DNA of 63,762 nucleotides from Octopus bimaculoides (Eukaryota): assembly GCF_001194135.2 (NCBI RefSeq), contig NC_068993.1:13593500-13657261 (forward strand). The letters are read 5' to 3'. The notes under the pieces are model-generated. The model saw only the letters and a list, made by a program, of their open reading frames with translations, did not search any database and was not told where the DNA came from. Below are positions 37,136-49,397 of the stretch, piece by piece (the first letter of the stretch is position 1; each line of letters opens with the position of its first letter). The translations under genes were made by a program, and so were the position numbers.

Positions 37136-40100
37136 AATATTTTTCTGACACTAACAAATTTTTCCATACAAGACGTAACAGTGAAAACGAAGGAAAATTA
37201 CTATATCGAACTTGTACCTGCTGATGCTAATGTTAGTAGAAGTGGTGGTGGTAGTGATGTTGGTGGTAGTGGTGAAGCAAAAATGAACGAATTGCTTCTG
37301 AATCATGAATGATGTTTAGTTACAGTCCTTTACACGAAAGTGGTTTCAGCAATTCATTCAGTCGTTGAGGGTTGATAAAATATGCATCAATAATTTGCTG
37401 AGGTCAATTAAATTGACCATACGCTACACATTAATAGAATTGTGCTAACATGATAAATCAGTATTAACAGTGCTTCACTGAGACACGGTTAGAATTGCCA
37501 CAAATAATTTTTCCGTTCTGAAAACGATGAGTTTAAGTGTTAACATTGTTGTTGTGTAACCCCAGGTCAATCTATCGTTTTGGAACACAACACTGGAAAG
37601 CTTGGGCATGACTTCTATGAGCATACAACTACCAACATAAGTTTAAAAAAACACGAGACCGTCATGTATGATATGCCTTTGATCATATAAGTCCTGTTCA
37701 ATTTGTTAAACGTATTTGTCTGTAACGAACATTGATTTGCTTTTATGATCAACGCACTTAAACTTGCTTTTCAAGCAAAATACAAGCTAAATATGTGTAG
37801 GCACATTTACAAAGGAAGAAACAGTAATTTTATTGTTTATTTTTTTTAGCCTCATTTCGTTAAACACTACACTAACCAGGTGTCTCAATTATATATGTGA
37901 GAGCTATACCATGTAGCACATATTCTTTCTCTCAAAGTACAAAATGTACTGAGTAATTTCTTTCATAATTTCTCAACTGGTACAGCAATATCTGTAACAG
38001 TACATCGTAGAAATTAAATGGATAAATGAAAAACGCAAAAGGCAGACCAAACCCAGTTTGGTCCTCTACCGCCTGCTATTAAGTGTAAGCAGGGCAGACA
38101 CAAAGAGAAGTTTTGTCAGTCATCATAAATACCTGCATAATAAATAAGGATGCAAAATAAAGAACAAAATGTCCAGGATCAAGGGTCTTAAAGAAGTATG
38201 ACGGATATGGTGTTTATACGTTGTACAGCGGTAAATGAATTATCCGAGATCCTATAAAATTTCGAAATCGCTTGATAAGATTCCAATAAGAGGCACTGAT
38301 CACCAGAGTCCATATATTCCCTGAGATCAACAGGTTTTCATGATTGGTTCCTTTTGTATTTGTGTTTTTGAGGTTGCTGAGGCTGTAAAGGTTGTCATTT
38401 ACGACTGGTCAAATTTACTATGAAGATTTGCACTCACGACGATCATGTTTACATTTCTTCACGCTTGATGTCCTCTGAAGTATATCACTTAATGACAATT
38501 CTACTTTCTCTTGTTTTTAGAAATGCATCACCTGATGAAATTTATAGAATTTACTGCAATTTCTAGTAAATCAAATGAACACCGATTTTCTAGGTGTTGA
38601 TACAGAAAATCTATCTAGCTAAATCTCATCAAGCACATGGAAATCATTAACTTGCAATGTATAAAGTAATTTTACAACTGTTGTCGTCATTAATTTTTTT
38701 TTATCATTTCACTGACTGTTAAATGCTTTTTGGGGTAAAATTTATAAATTATCATCCATGTAAAGTTATTTTAGTCGTGATACTACTGTACACATTTCTG
38801 TGGCCGCTAGGCATAACAACTACTTAAAAAGGAATGGTGTTACCAAAAACAAAATATATATATATATAAAGAAGGTTAAGGACCACTGACCTAGATTATC
38901 CTTTTAGGTTCGGATTTCTTATCATAGTAGTGTCATCATTCATCTCCAGGAACCTCTAAGAGTGGAAAACTCTAATCAAAAGCAATATGGTCCGAGCTGA
39001 CGTTATACGAAATGTGTCTTTTCATATGACAATAAGATTTTAGTCCAAATATATCTTGTTACTCTTTCTTGCAAATTGTGGTGTAAAATTACAAAGTAAA
39101 CCATAATAAATTTATGCCTCCTATTTCCAGTCGTTATTTATTTTTTCTTTGCTTATTTAGTTTTTTGTTATTTTTCTTTTACGTTTCTTTCTAGCAATTT
39201 GCGTATTGGCATGGTGCCATTTTATTTAAACCAAGACAGTTAATTGTGCTCGCAGACTATTGCGTTTAAATTTTACTCATCTAATTTAGAAGTATATTTC
39301 CGAAGAGCAATGGTTATTGACATGAATGCCATCGGCAAATGTTCGCTAATATATTAAACGAAGATTTTTAATTAACTTGTAAAACGAAAAAAAAAAAAAA
39401 AAGAAAAAGAGAACAAAACATAAAAAGCTTTAAAAACCTAAAATAATTTCAACAATTATTAGACATAAAAAAATATAACTGTGTATACAAAAAAAAAAGT
39501 GACATGTAACAAATATCTAATTCCGACTTTTTGTGGTATAAACTGCTTTTCAAGAAATAATTACACCTAAATTAGTTGGTGAAATATTTCAATCTAATGG
39601 TCAAAACGATAACATCTTCCATCAAATCATATTAGTTTTTCTTGATAAAAGATATTTATCTATTTGTATAATTTCAGCCAAAAACATTTGAGCAGCAATT
39701 GAATGTAACTAAACAAAGATAATGATAAGATTTTTTTTTAATATTTATTATTCATTTGCATATTTATTTTTATTTTACAATTTATGTATTTGTTTATGTT
39801 AGAATGTAATTAAATCCAACTAAATGAAGATGAAGTTTTTATTTTCATTTCTGTTTCATCATTCTTCAATCATAGACAACTTACGGTTTTCTATTAGCTA
39901 TTTGACCCTATTTCAAAATTCCAATCAATTTCAGTAACTGAGTTGTTTCCCATGCATTTGGCAAGAATTGTCATTAACGCATATGATTTCCTTTTTCTTT
40001 ATTACATATCCAATATACATCTGCTGGGAACGAAACTTGTACTGTAGCCACTTTGATTAGTTATCAGAAAAAAGCTATAGTTCGTATTTATATATGTGTG

Positions 40101-40479
40101 TGTGTGTGAGCGTGTGTGTGTGCGTGTGTGTGAATGTATCTATTTATGTATGTATGGATGGATGTATGTGTGTACGTGTATCTTCCGGTGGGATTTCGCG
40201 ATAGAACTGATTGAAATTTTGTACTGGCTCTGTTTACCTATTTCAAATGAATATGTAATATATCAAAGTGGAACAGTTTATGCAAGAGAACGGTGTCCTG
40301 TTAAGTGGAAAATGTGTCTGTCATTCAATTGAAATCATTAAACGAAGAGTATTCAACATTTGCATAAAGAAAACACTTGGGAGTTGTAAAGACATTGGTA
40401 TGTCGTCACATTTGTTAGAGATTCACATAAGCTGACGAGAAATAACAAGCAAGTACGAAATCTTGTAAATATCTTCTAG

Positions 40480-40542
40480 GTGCATTGTTTTGTTGACAAT
40501 GCGAGCAACCAACTGAAAGATAAAAAACGACAGGAAATTGAT
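40480..40542 (+). CDS. Candidate 63-nt phase 0-0 exon (VHCFVDNASNQLKDKKRQEID); gene unidentified
   Basis: Acceptor atcttctAG and donor GAT|GTAAGT. Only frame 0 is open and the length is divisible by 3. The polypyrimidine tract is short. Confidence 0.35.
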
Positions 40543-40873
40543 GTAAGTATGGGACAAAAGACTGCTAGAAATATAGCGTTTCTTATTTCGCATAATTTAC
40601 GGCAAAATAGAAAACAAAACTTTAAAAAAAATTGTTATCTATTGACAGCTTAGGCCGCTGACTTTAGATATATATTTATTTTGAATAAGTATTCCAGTTG
40701 TATGCCGTGTCGCGCAAACCCTAGACAAAACAATGATATTAATAGACAAAACAATGACATTGGACAGTCATATTTGCAAGCGAAAATATTTGCAGTGGAG
40801 TATATGAATGACAATTGAGTATAAAATACAATAAGGCTGATAACTCGTAATGTTATGGAAAGAAAACAACATA

Positions 40874-41200
40874 CAGTAATGCCTCGGTATACGCGTTAAT
40901 TTATTCTCAGAGACAGTTCATAAAACGTAAAGTAAAAAGAATGTCAAGATTATTTATAATAAACACAATTTATTATTACAATCGTATTCTGAATCACTTT
41001 AACTCGCACTAGAGTAGCGCACTATCGCCGATTCACAAGCACTCGTAAACGGACTTGTAGACTTATTCTAAAAAAAAAATAAGTCTAGAGTTGTTTGCTT
41101 AGAAGAAGCTTCCTTTCTCCTTATAAATTTCTTGGTAACACACAGAAGCATTTGTTTTGGTAATAGAAACTTTTGCACTTCGTTTTAAATTTGGACGTTA
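40874..41200 (-). mobile_element. Tigger/pogo-type DNA transposon 3' remnant
   Basis: TA|cagtaatgcctcggtatacgcg is a TIR-like end at 40872-40895. Minus strand 41197-41071 reads RPNLKRSAKVSITKTNASVCYQEIYKEKGSFF, then after a frameshift SKQTTLDLFF. This is the Tigger C-terminal PN.ERS.KV...CY.EIY.EK..KQTxLDxFF pattern with a PIP-box-like motif. Confidence 0.75.
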
Positions 41201-41542
41201 TGCATGAAAATTAAAACTAGTAAACCCGGGGTCTTGTAGTGCGGGTCTTCGTAAAGTAAGGTATTGCTGTATTTCTCTTCTTCCAATGCATCAACTTACA
41301 ATTTACTAACATCTACAAAAAACTTCTAACATTGTCTTTTTCCTACTAGTACGTCTGTTCAATTCATTCAACGCGATGTAAAATAAAACTTGTACCAATG
41401 CATTAAGGCGAGTTCGTATTGGGCCAATATACAATAGTTATTTGCAACAACAACAACAACTTAACCATTCCCATCCAGTCACTTGCAACAGGCAGAATCT
41501 ATAAAAGATACATTCTGCGCTTTGATATAATTATCCGGCGGA

Positions 41543-42050
41543 AAGCGGCGATCTAACAGAACCGTTAGTACACTGGACCTTTCGCCCGTCTTTACCTTCC
41601 GAGTGTAAAGGAGCGTGGCTTAGTGGTTAGGGTATTCGGCTCGCGATCATAGGGTCGCGAGTTCGATTTCCGGCGGTGCGTTGTGTCCTTGAACAAGACA
41701 CTGTATTTTCATATTGCTCCAGTCCACTGGCAAAAATGAGTAGTACCTGTATTTCAAGAGCCAACCATGTTACACTCTGTATCATGCTGAATCTCCCTGG
41801 AGATTATGTAAAGAGGTATGCGTGTCTGTGGAGGGCTCAGTCACTAGCACGTTAATCTCACGAGTAAACTGTTTCGTTGATCGGATCAACTAGAAACCTC
41901 GTTGTCGTAACCGACGGAGTGTCAGTTACCTTTTAAGTTCAAATTCCACAGGAGTAGCTTTGTCTTGCATCCTTTTGGCTCGAGAAAATAACTAACCAGT
42001 TGAGCACTGGGGTCGAGTAGCAGGACTTCTGCCAAAATTTGAAGACAATA
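41543..42050 (+). mobile_element. Family C SINE split by a B2 SINE insertion
   Basis: aaagcggcgatctaacagaaccgttag...cgtctttaccttccgagt on the left; ttaccttttaagttcaaattccac...gcatcctttt...ccagttgagcactggggtcga...gccaaaatttgaa on the right. Confidence 0.8.
41605..41925 (+). mobile_element. Family B2 SINE: different tRNA head, CORE-like central domain, same 3' tail as B1
   Basis: A box tggcttagtgg and B box gagttcgatttcc. Middle tgtgtccttgaacaagacactg...ttgctccagtccac...aaaatgagta resembles the MIR/CORE TGTGACCTTGGGCAAGTCACTT...AAAATGGG. The 3' ~170 nt is colinear with B1. Confidence 0.85.
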
Positions 42051-42445
42051 TAATAAACAGTAGTAAATAATTGTCAAGCAATCAACTCAGACCCTTATCA
42101 GAAATGTCTGGCCTTGTGCCGAAATCTAATAGCAATATTTTTATGCAGTGGTAATTAAATTTTTTTTTTTTTTAACTGGAAGTATAGATAGCTCAAGAGA
42201 GACATTTTGTCGTTCTGACGAGTAACTCTTCTAGTTGGTGTGTCGCATGAATTATTCACATATACAAATCAAATGGGTTGAGCATTCAGTGATGAATTTG
42301 TGCGATGTTTGCTTCTTAAACATCATCATACATACCAACCTAACTACCTAACAAAGTATTAAGAAACTAACTAATGAATTAAATAATTACCTAACGAACT
42401 AACCAAACAAAACGACCAACTAAATAACCAGTCAACTATCCTATA

Positions 42446-42446
<1 letters not shown>

Positions 42447-42501
<55 letters not shown>

Positions 42502-42545
42502 ATATGTATGTATGTATCTATCTATCTATCTATCTATGTCTGTCT
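42447..42545. repeat. (TCTA)n tetranucleotide
   Basis: Directly visible. Confidence 0.95.
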
Positions 42546-43309
42546 GACACTCTCTATATGTCTATCTAATTAACTAATTAACCAATAAACTCCGTTGTAT
42601 GAAAATTTATATGGTTTAATAGAAGGCGACAATAAGTTAGCTCAGCAGCGTAGATGTGTGCAACATTTAGAAGGAGGTCGCTGTAACCTTCAAACAAGCC
42701 AACAACATAGCGTAGTATTGAGTCTCGCTGTGGGAATATTTACCTATTCCTTAATGTCATTAAAAATGCATGAAATGTAACAACTCATTTATGCCCATCC
42801 ATAAAACTTAGCTGTATTAGTCAAGAGAAAAATAGATCTCAAGAAAGTAAAATCATTACTGCAAAGGTTGCTTGGGAGGAACAGCACATCCATGAACTGA
42901 ATAATGATATTAGATTTCGTATCACGTTGGGAATCTGGTTTCATGTCATGAATCACAGTTATCTTTCTCATCAGCTCAAATTTTGGACACCAATCTACAT
43001 AACATTCATATCATTCTAATAGTCTCGGCTACTTCGACAGTGAATTACGGGTTTTGCAACTTAGAATTTAGAATTTTCCTTTCTAATATTTGTAGATTCG
43101 AACCTTGATTCACGAGCTGATTGTCCACGCAGTATACCCCCAAGTTTCGGCTTACTACTGTGTACAAATGTATATATCATGCCATCGTTCTACACCCTTC
43201 TCTTAAACGCCACTAGAAAACGGTTTGCTCTTTATCCTCAAAGAACCTGGCTATCACTTTTCATCTACTCTTAACATTCGTAATCATGTGTTCATATAAT
43301 AAATAGTAA

Positions 43310-43520
43310 AAGGGTGGTGGGCTGGTAGAATCGTTACTACGCCGGGCAAAATTTTTAGCGGTATTTCTTACGTTCTGCGTTCAAATTCCAGCACGGTCCA
43401 CTTTGTCTTCCATTCTTTCGGGTTCAATAAAATAAGTACTATTTGAACACGCGTGTCTATATAATCGACATGTCCCCTCCACCGAACTTGCTGGCCATAT
43501 GCCAAAATTTGAAACCAGTA
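43310..43520 (+). mobile_element. Family C SINE, copy 1 of a head-to-tail trimer
   Basis: Head, B box, body and gccaaaatttgaaacca tail are all present. Confidence 0.9.
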
Positions 43521-43534
43521 TAATATATAACAAT

Positions 43535-43750
43535 AAGGCGGTGAGCTGGCAGAGTCGTTAGGGCGCTGAGCTAAATTCTTATCGGCATTGCAACTGTGTG
43601 TACGTTCTGAGTTCAAATTCCGCCGAGGTCCACTTTCCGTTTCATTCTTTCGGGGTCTATAAAATAAGTAGAAATCGACAAATGGGGTCGGTGTAATTCA
43701 CTTACCCCCTCCTCCAAGTTTTCTGGGCTTTTGCCAAAATTTGAAACCAA
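43535..43750 (+). mobile_element. Family C SINE, copy 2 of the trimer
   Basis: aaggcggtgagctggcagagtcgttag...gccaaaatttgaaaccaa. Confidence 0.9.
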
Positions 43751-43763
43751 GATAACAAATAGT

Positions 43764-44000
43764 AAGGCGTCGGGCTGGCAGATGCGCTACTCCGCAAAGC
43801 AAAATGTTTATCGGTATTTCGTCTAGGTTCAGATTTCGGCATTTCGGCATTTCGTTCTGAGTTCAAAATTCTTCATGGATCGACATTGCCTTTCATCCTT
43901 TTGGTGTCGATAACATAATTACTAATTGAACACTGGGGTCGATATAATCAACCTGCTCCTTCCTTTGAACGTGGTGGCCTTGTGCCAAAATTTGAAACAA
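43764..44000 (+). mobile_element. Family C SINE, copy 3 of the trimer
   Basis: aaggcgtcgggctggcag...gcctttcatccttttggtgtcgat...ggccttgtgccaaaatttgaaac. Confidence 0.88.
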
Positions 44001-44042
44001 AAATAATTTATAGTTATAAATAATCGGCAGTGTGTATAGTCA

Positions 44043-44474
44043 TTACTCTTTTACTCTTTTACTCGTTTCAGTCATTTGACTGCGGCCATGCTGGAGTACC
44101 GCTTTTAGTCGAGCAAATCGACCCCAGGACTTATTCTTTGTTAGACTGTACTTATTCTATCGGTCTATTTTGCCGAACCGCTAAGTTACTGGGACGTAAA
44201 CACACCAGCATCGGTTGTCAAACGATAGTGGGGGGGCACAAACACAGGCACACAAACACACATACATATACACACATATATATATATATATACGGCGGGC
44301 TTCTTTCAGTTTCCGTCTACCAAATCCACTCACAAGTCTTTGGTCGGCCCGAGGCTATAGTAGAAGACACTTGTCCAAGGTGCCATGCAGTGGGATTGAA
44401 CCCGGAACATGTGGTTGGTAAGCAAGGTACTTACCACACAGCCACTCTTCGCCTATAGCCACTCCTGCGCCTAT
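44043..44474 (-). mobile_element. Family A SINE, full length, well preserved
   Basis: Colinear with 60781-61180; (TAAAAGAG)n tail and internal CA/TA tract. Confidence 0.93.
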
Positions 44475-45217
44475 ATAGCATTAGGTAATATATTAATGCA
44501 TTATATGACATTATTCAATTTTGCGGAAACATTTTTACTTATGCCGGCTCACATCTGCTGTATGAATTGCCTTCTTAATGCATATAAGCGTTGTGATATC
44601 CAATCCTCCATCTATCATAAATATACATTCGGAAGAACGTGAAGAGTCTATAACTTTGTGAATGTCATGTAAATTCAATACGAAGAGGGAATTGATTGCA
44701 AGGAGAATGAAAACTATATAAATATACATCAGGGTTTTGATTCTCAAAGGAGACTTTTGACTTGTGCATCGCTGTTAGTGTGTTCCAAGGGAATTAAGTG
44801 GCCATCCAGTGTTGGATACTTCTAATTAAGAAAATTAAACAACTAACTAGACTTCTAAAATACATCACGTATTAAAATAATTACTGGATAAGTGGATATT
44901 GCTTTCTATTTCAAACATAAGACAATAAGTCGCAGTTTTTGATGGTGTTTTTTTTTCTTTGTCTTCGATCTAGACAACCCAAAATGCAAAAACAGAAGTG
45001 GCGGCTTTGTTCATGTGTCCATCCGTCGTCTTTGGTACATTTGGTACAGAAGACTTTGTTTAATAAGTCCTTCCTTTTCTATGACGATAGCAAATGATTT
45101 GATAGAGACTTGCCTTATATTTCTGTTAGGCTAAGTATCATTAGAGAAGCTTCATTGTTGGATCGAGAGGCGCGGCATGGTGTGGCATAAATGACAATCT
45201 ACAATTCGTAAAGGGTC

Positions 45218-45432
45218 TCTTTTACTCTTTTACTTGTTTCAGTCATTTCACTGCGGCCATGCTGGAGCACCGCCTTTTAGTCGAGCAAATCGACCCCAGG
45301 ACTTATTCTTTGGAAGCCTCGTACTTATTCTATAGGTGTCTTTTGCCGAACCGCTAAGTTACGGGGACCTAAACACACCATCATCAGTTGTGAAGCGATG
45401 TCGGGGGGACAAACCCACAAACATATACACAC

Positions 45433-45467
<35 letters not shown>
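45218..45467 (-). mobile_element. Family A SINE, 3' half; its internal (CA)n runs into a gap
   Basis: cttttactcttttacttgtttcagtcatttcactgcggccatgctggagcaccgcc...gacaaacccacaaacata. Confidence 0.92.
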
Positions 45468-45776
45468 NNNNNNNNNNNNNNNNNNNNNNNNNNNNNNNNN
45501 NNNNNNNNNNNNNNNNNNNNNNNNNNNNNNNNNNNNNNNNNNNNNNNNNNNNNNNNNNNNNNNNNNNNNNNNNNNNNNNNNNNNNNNNNNNNNNNNNNNN
45601 NNNNNNNNNNNNNNNNNNNNNNNNNNNNNNNNNNNNNNNNNNNNNNNNNNNNNNNNNNNNNNNNNNNNNNNNNNNNNNNNNNNNNNNNNNNNNNNNNNNN
45701 NNNNNNNNNNNNNNNNNNNNNNNNNNNNNNNNNNNNNNNNNNNNNNNNNNNNNNNNNNNNNNNNNNNNNNNNNNNN

Positions 45777-45852
<76 letters not shown>

Positions 45853-45984
45853 GGAAGGAAGAAGTGAGCATTAGAAACAGAAAGTGAATGAGATAGTAGA
45901 GAGAGTGATGGGGAAATGAGTGATATATAATAAACTTATGATTGTATTTTAGGTTGTAATACACGGTAATCTCAGCTCTGAAAT

Positions 45985-46065
45985 ACTGATTTCAAATTTT
46001 GGCAGTGAGACAACAATTTCGTGGGGAGAAGAAAAAAAGTCGATTACATTGACTCCAGTGTTCAT
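45985..46065 (-). mobile_element. Family C SINE 3' fragment
   Basis: tttcaaattttggca...agtcgattacattgactccagtgttca. Confidence 0.6.
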
Positions 46066-46889
46066 ACTCTGTGCGTATGCACATTTATTTATATATGTCT
46101 GCATATACATGTGTGTGTGCGAGTGTACTTGCTTACATACACAAACACCCTGTAAGTACAGTAATACTGTGTCCATGATTTTTGAGGTAGAGTTATGAAT
46201 TAGGCATAAACATGTTGAGTATTTACAAGAAAAAAAAAATTATGTTTTATTCAAAGTTTCAATTTAGAACGAGATTTGCTATTTCCGTTCACACACTCCA
46301 TTACGAAAAATAAAATAAAATAAATAAATAAATTAAATAAAAATGTTAAAAAAAAAAATCTCTATTCGTAAAAGTACTTGTATCGTTCTCAGCTGTTCTT
46401 TTGAGAAAACCGAATGCGATGTAAGCGATGCGTTTGACGATCAGTTAAATATTTCTTGATCACAAACATTCTGCAGAAAACAAAATAAATTCCCTGGCGA
46501 AAAGAATGTGAAAATATCTCTATTCTCGGGAGAAATATTGCAATATATTTAATGAAGTATCTTACGAAATAAGATGCAGTGAGGAATATGATCGGTGTGT
46601 TTGTGTAGAGAGAATATACGGCAAACTCACTTCCGTGAATGAATGCTGATGTGAGGAAAGAAAGAAGTGGGAGGAGACAGATTAACTGTCGAAGTTTCTG
46701 TGAAAAAGCAGCCGTAATATTTTGTCAATCATTGAAATGTCTATTATGTTTTATTTATCATACTCTGGGATGTGTGTATATGGGTGTGCAGCAGTGAAAT
46801 TGTCCCAGATATGTCGGTTGTACTCTAATATACATATCATTTGATTTCAAAAGACATTTCCCATTCCCTTGTGCTGTATAATGTGGGTT

Positions 46890-46957
46890 TATCTATATTT
46901 ATATCGATATCTATCTATCTATCTATCTATCTATTTATCTATCTATTTTTCTATCTG

Positions 46958-47011
<54 letters not shown>

Positions 47012-47037
47012 AATCTATCTATCTATCTGCCTACGCA

Positions 47038-47070
<33 letters not shown>
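46890..47070. repeat. (TCTA)n plus (CA)n
   Basis: Directly visible. Confidence 0.95.
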
Positions 47071-47183
47071 GAGTGACTAGACACACGTAAGAATGTGGCC
47101 GTCAACAGATTTGGTAGGAGCATATATTTTATAAGTTTGATTCGCTCTCGTGCAACTTAATGCTTATATGTATACATATATAC

Positions 47184-47214
<31 letters not shown>

Positions 47215-48419
47215 GTACTTGTATATATATATATATACGACACACTATCTTTGTCCTTATAGTTTGGAACAGGGGAGTTCAGCATCCCCACCTCAGCAGA
47301 AGCCAATATCTGTGGACCGCGGTTTCTCGGTTATTTTTTCTTCCCTAAGTAACAGTAATATTCGTTAGCAAGTAATATTTAATGGATATTATATATATAT
47401 GGATGTGTGTGTATATACATACGTTTGTATATACAGAATATATATATATATATATACTATATTGTAATATATACAATATATATATGCTAGTACATATACT
47501 CTCTATATACGTAGTCAGTGGAGGCCTCATGGTAAGTAACTAGAATCAACAAAATCTATTCTTCTTTCTATTGGCGTTGAATAATTGTTATATTCGTATA
47601 TTTGCCATACAAATTATTAGTGATGTGAAATCTTGTGAAATTATTTTAACGAAGGATCGAAACCTTATCGGCGGTTCGGTCTATCGAGATGGATACAGCT
47701 TTTACTCTATAGCGTTAGCAATCAGGTTCAAACATAACTGAAAGCGAAATAATAATCGGAATTTTATTTCGCAGATTTATTCATTTAAACGAAGGAATTA
47801 CTCAGAAAATGTCTTCAGAAATATCACTTCCTTCATTCAAGCAACAGCTGATTAAATCCGATAATCTGAATTTTATCTGATGATTGATAATTTGACTGGA
47901 CACAGCCCGCGGTCATATAGTAATAAGTGACCCGGTCAAGAGTTTTACAGCAGACAGCGATTGAAATGCTAATGATAAATCAGATTGCAAGCAAGGGCGA
48001 GAGAGCATAGAGTTAGTTCGTCTGATGCTTAGTTTGTCCAGCGAAATAGAAATAGCTGAAATATACGAAGATATATAAGCGAAATGTCATCAATTTGACA
48101 GAGCTCTGTTCGATTTAATAAAGTGATTGATCGGGAAATTGTAACCTTCGACTGTTTTATTACTTTAAGTATTTATTTATTTATTTAATTTTCACCCCAT
48201 TCAAATATATAACACACATAGCAAACAATTCACAAGAATACTGAAACAACATTAAAAAAAAAACATAGGACAATAAAAATAACATCATCAGTCAATAGGC
48301 AAAGGCCATTCACATAAATTATTTAAGAAGTAACAGATATTGATGATGATATTCTAACTTTTGTGTCTACAAACATTCGAATATGTGCTTGCTGCTTTTG
48401 ATTCTGTTGATGTTAGTAA

Positions 48420-48429
48420 GTGATGATGA

Positions 48430-48492
<63 letters not shown>
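48420..48492. repeat. (GAT)n(GAC)n running into a gap
   Basis: Directly visible. Confidence 0.95.
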
Positions 48493-49184
48493 NNNNNNNN
48501 NNNNNNNNNNNNNNNNNNNNNNNNNNNNNNNNNNNNNNNNNNNNNNNNNNNNNNNNNNNNNNNNNNNNNNNNNNNNNNNNNNNNNNNNNNNNNNNNNNNN
48601 NNNNNNNNNNNNNNNNNNNNNNNNNNNNNNNNNNNNNNNNNNNNNNNNNNNNNNNNNNNNNNNNNNNNNNNNNNNNNNNNNNNNNNNNNNNNNNNNNNNN
48701 NNNNNNNNNNNNNNNNNNNNNNNNNNNNNNNNNNNNNNNNNNNNNNNNNNNNNNNNNNNNNNNNNNNNNNNNNNNNNNNNNNNNNNNNNNNNNNNNNNNN
48801 NNNNNNNNNNNNNNNNNNNNNNNNNNNNNNNNNNNNNNNNNNNNNNNNNNNNNNNNNNNNNNNNNNNNNNNNNNNNNNNNNNNNNNNNNNNNNNNNNNNN
48901 NNNNNNNNNNNNNNNNNNNNNNNNNNNNNNNNNNNNNNNNNNNNNNNNNNNNNNNNNNNNNNNNNNNNNNNNNNNNNNNNNNNNNNNNNNNNNNNNNNNN
49001 NNNNNNNNNNNNNNNNNNNNNNNNNNNNNNNNNNNNNNNNNNNNNNNNNNNNNNNNNNNNNNNNNNNTATATATATATATATATATATATATGCATCCAG
49101 CTATCCATCCATCCATACATGCATACATATCACTTTGTATGCAAGTAGCTTGCTAAGAAAAGTTACTCAACTCATCATTCAGTG

Positions 49185-49397
49185 AACGCGACAAGATGGT
49201 ACAATCGTTCGGACTTCGGTCAAAATGTTTAACGACATTTCGCCCGTCGCTAAATTCTGAATTCAAATTCCGCCGAGGTCGGCTTTGCCTTTCATCCTTT
49301 CGTGGTCGATGAAATACGTACCAGTTAAGCACTGGTAATCGATTTACTCCTACTCCCGAAATTGCTGACCTTGTGCTAAAATATGAATCGAATATTT
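49185..49397 (+). mobile_element. Family C SINE
   Basis: ttcaaattccgccgaggtcggctttgcctttcatcctttcgtggtcgatgaaatacgtaccagtt...ccttgtgctaaaatatgaa. Confidence 0.88.

Noticed and set aside
36854-37312. 152-aa repeat-free ORF (MFENLRKL...)
   Set aside because: It starts at TTG, has no recognisable domain or splice context, and runs through an antisense C-SINE fragment (37075-37135). Most likely a chance ORF.
46392-46419. 28-nt candidate exon CSFEKTECD resembling the start of a MAM domain
   Set aside because: It is too short, the acceptor is weak, and no further MAM-like exons were found.
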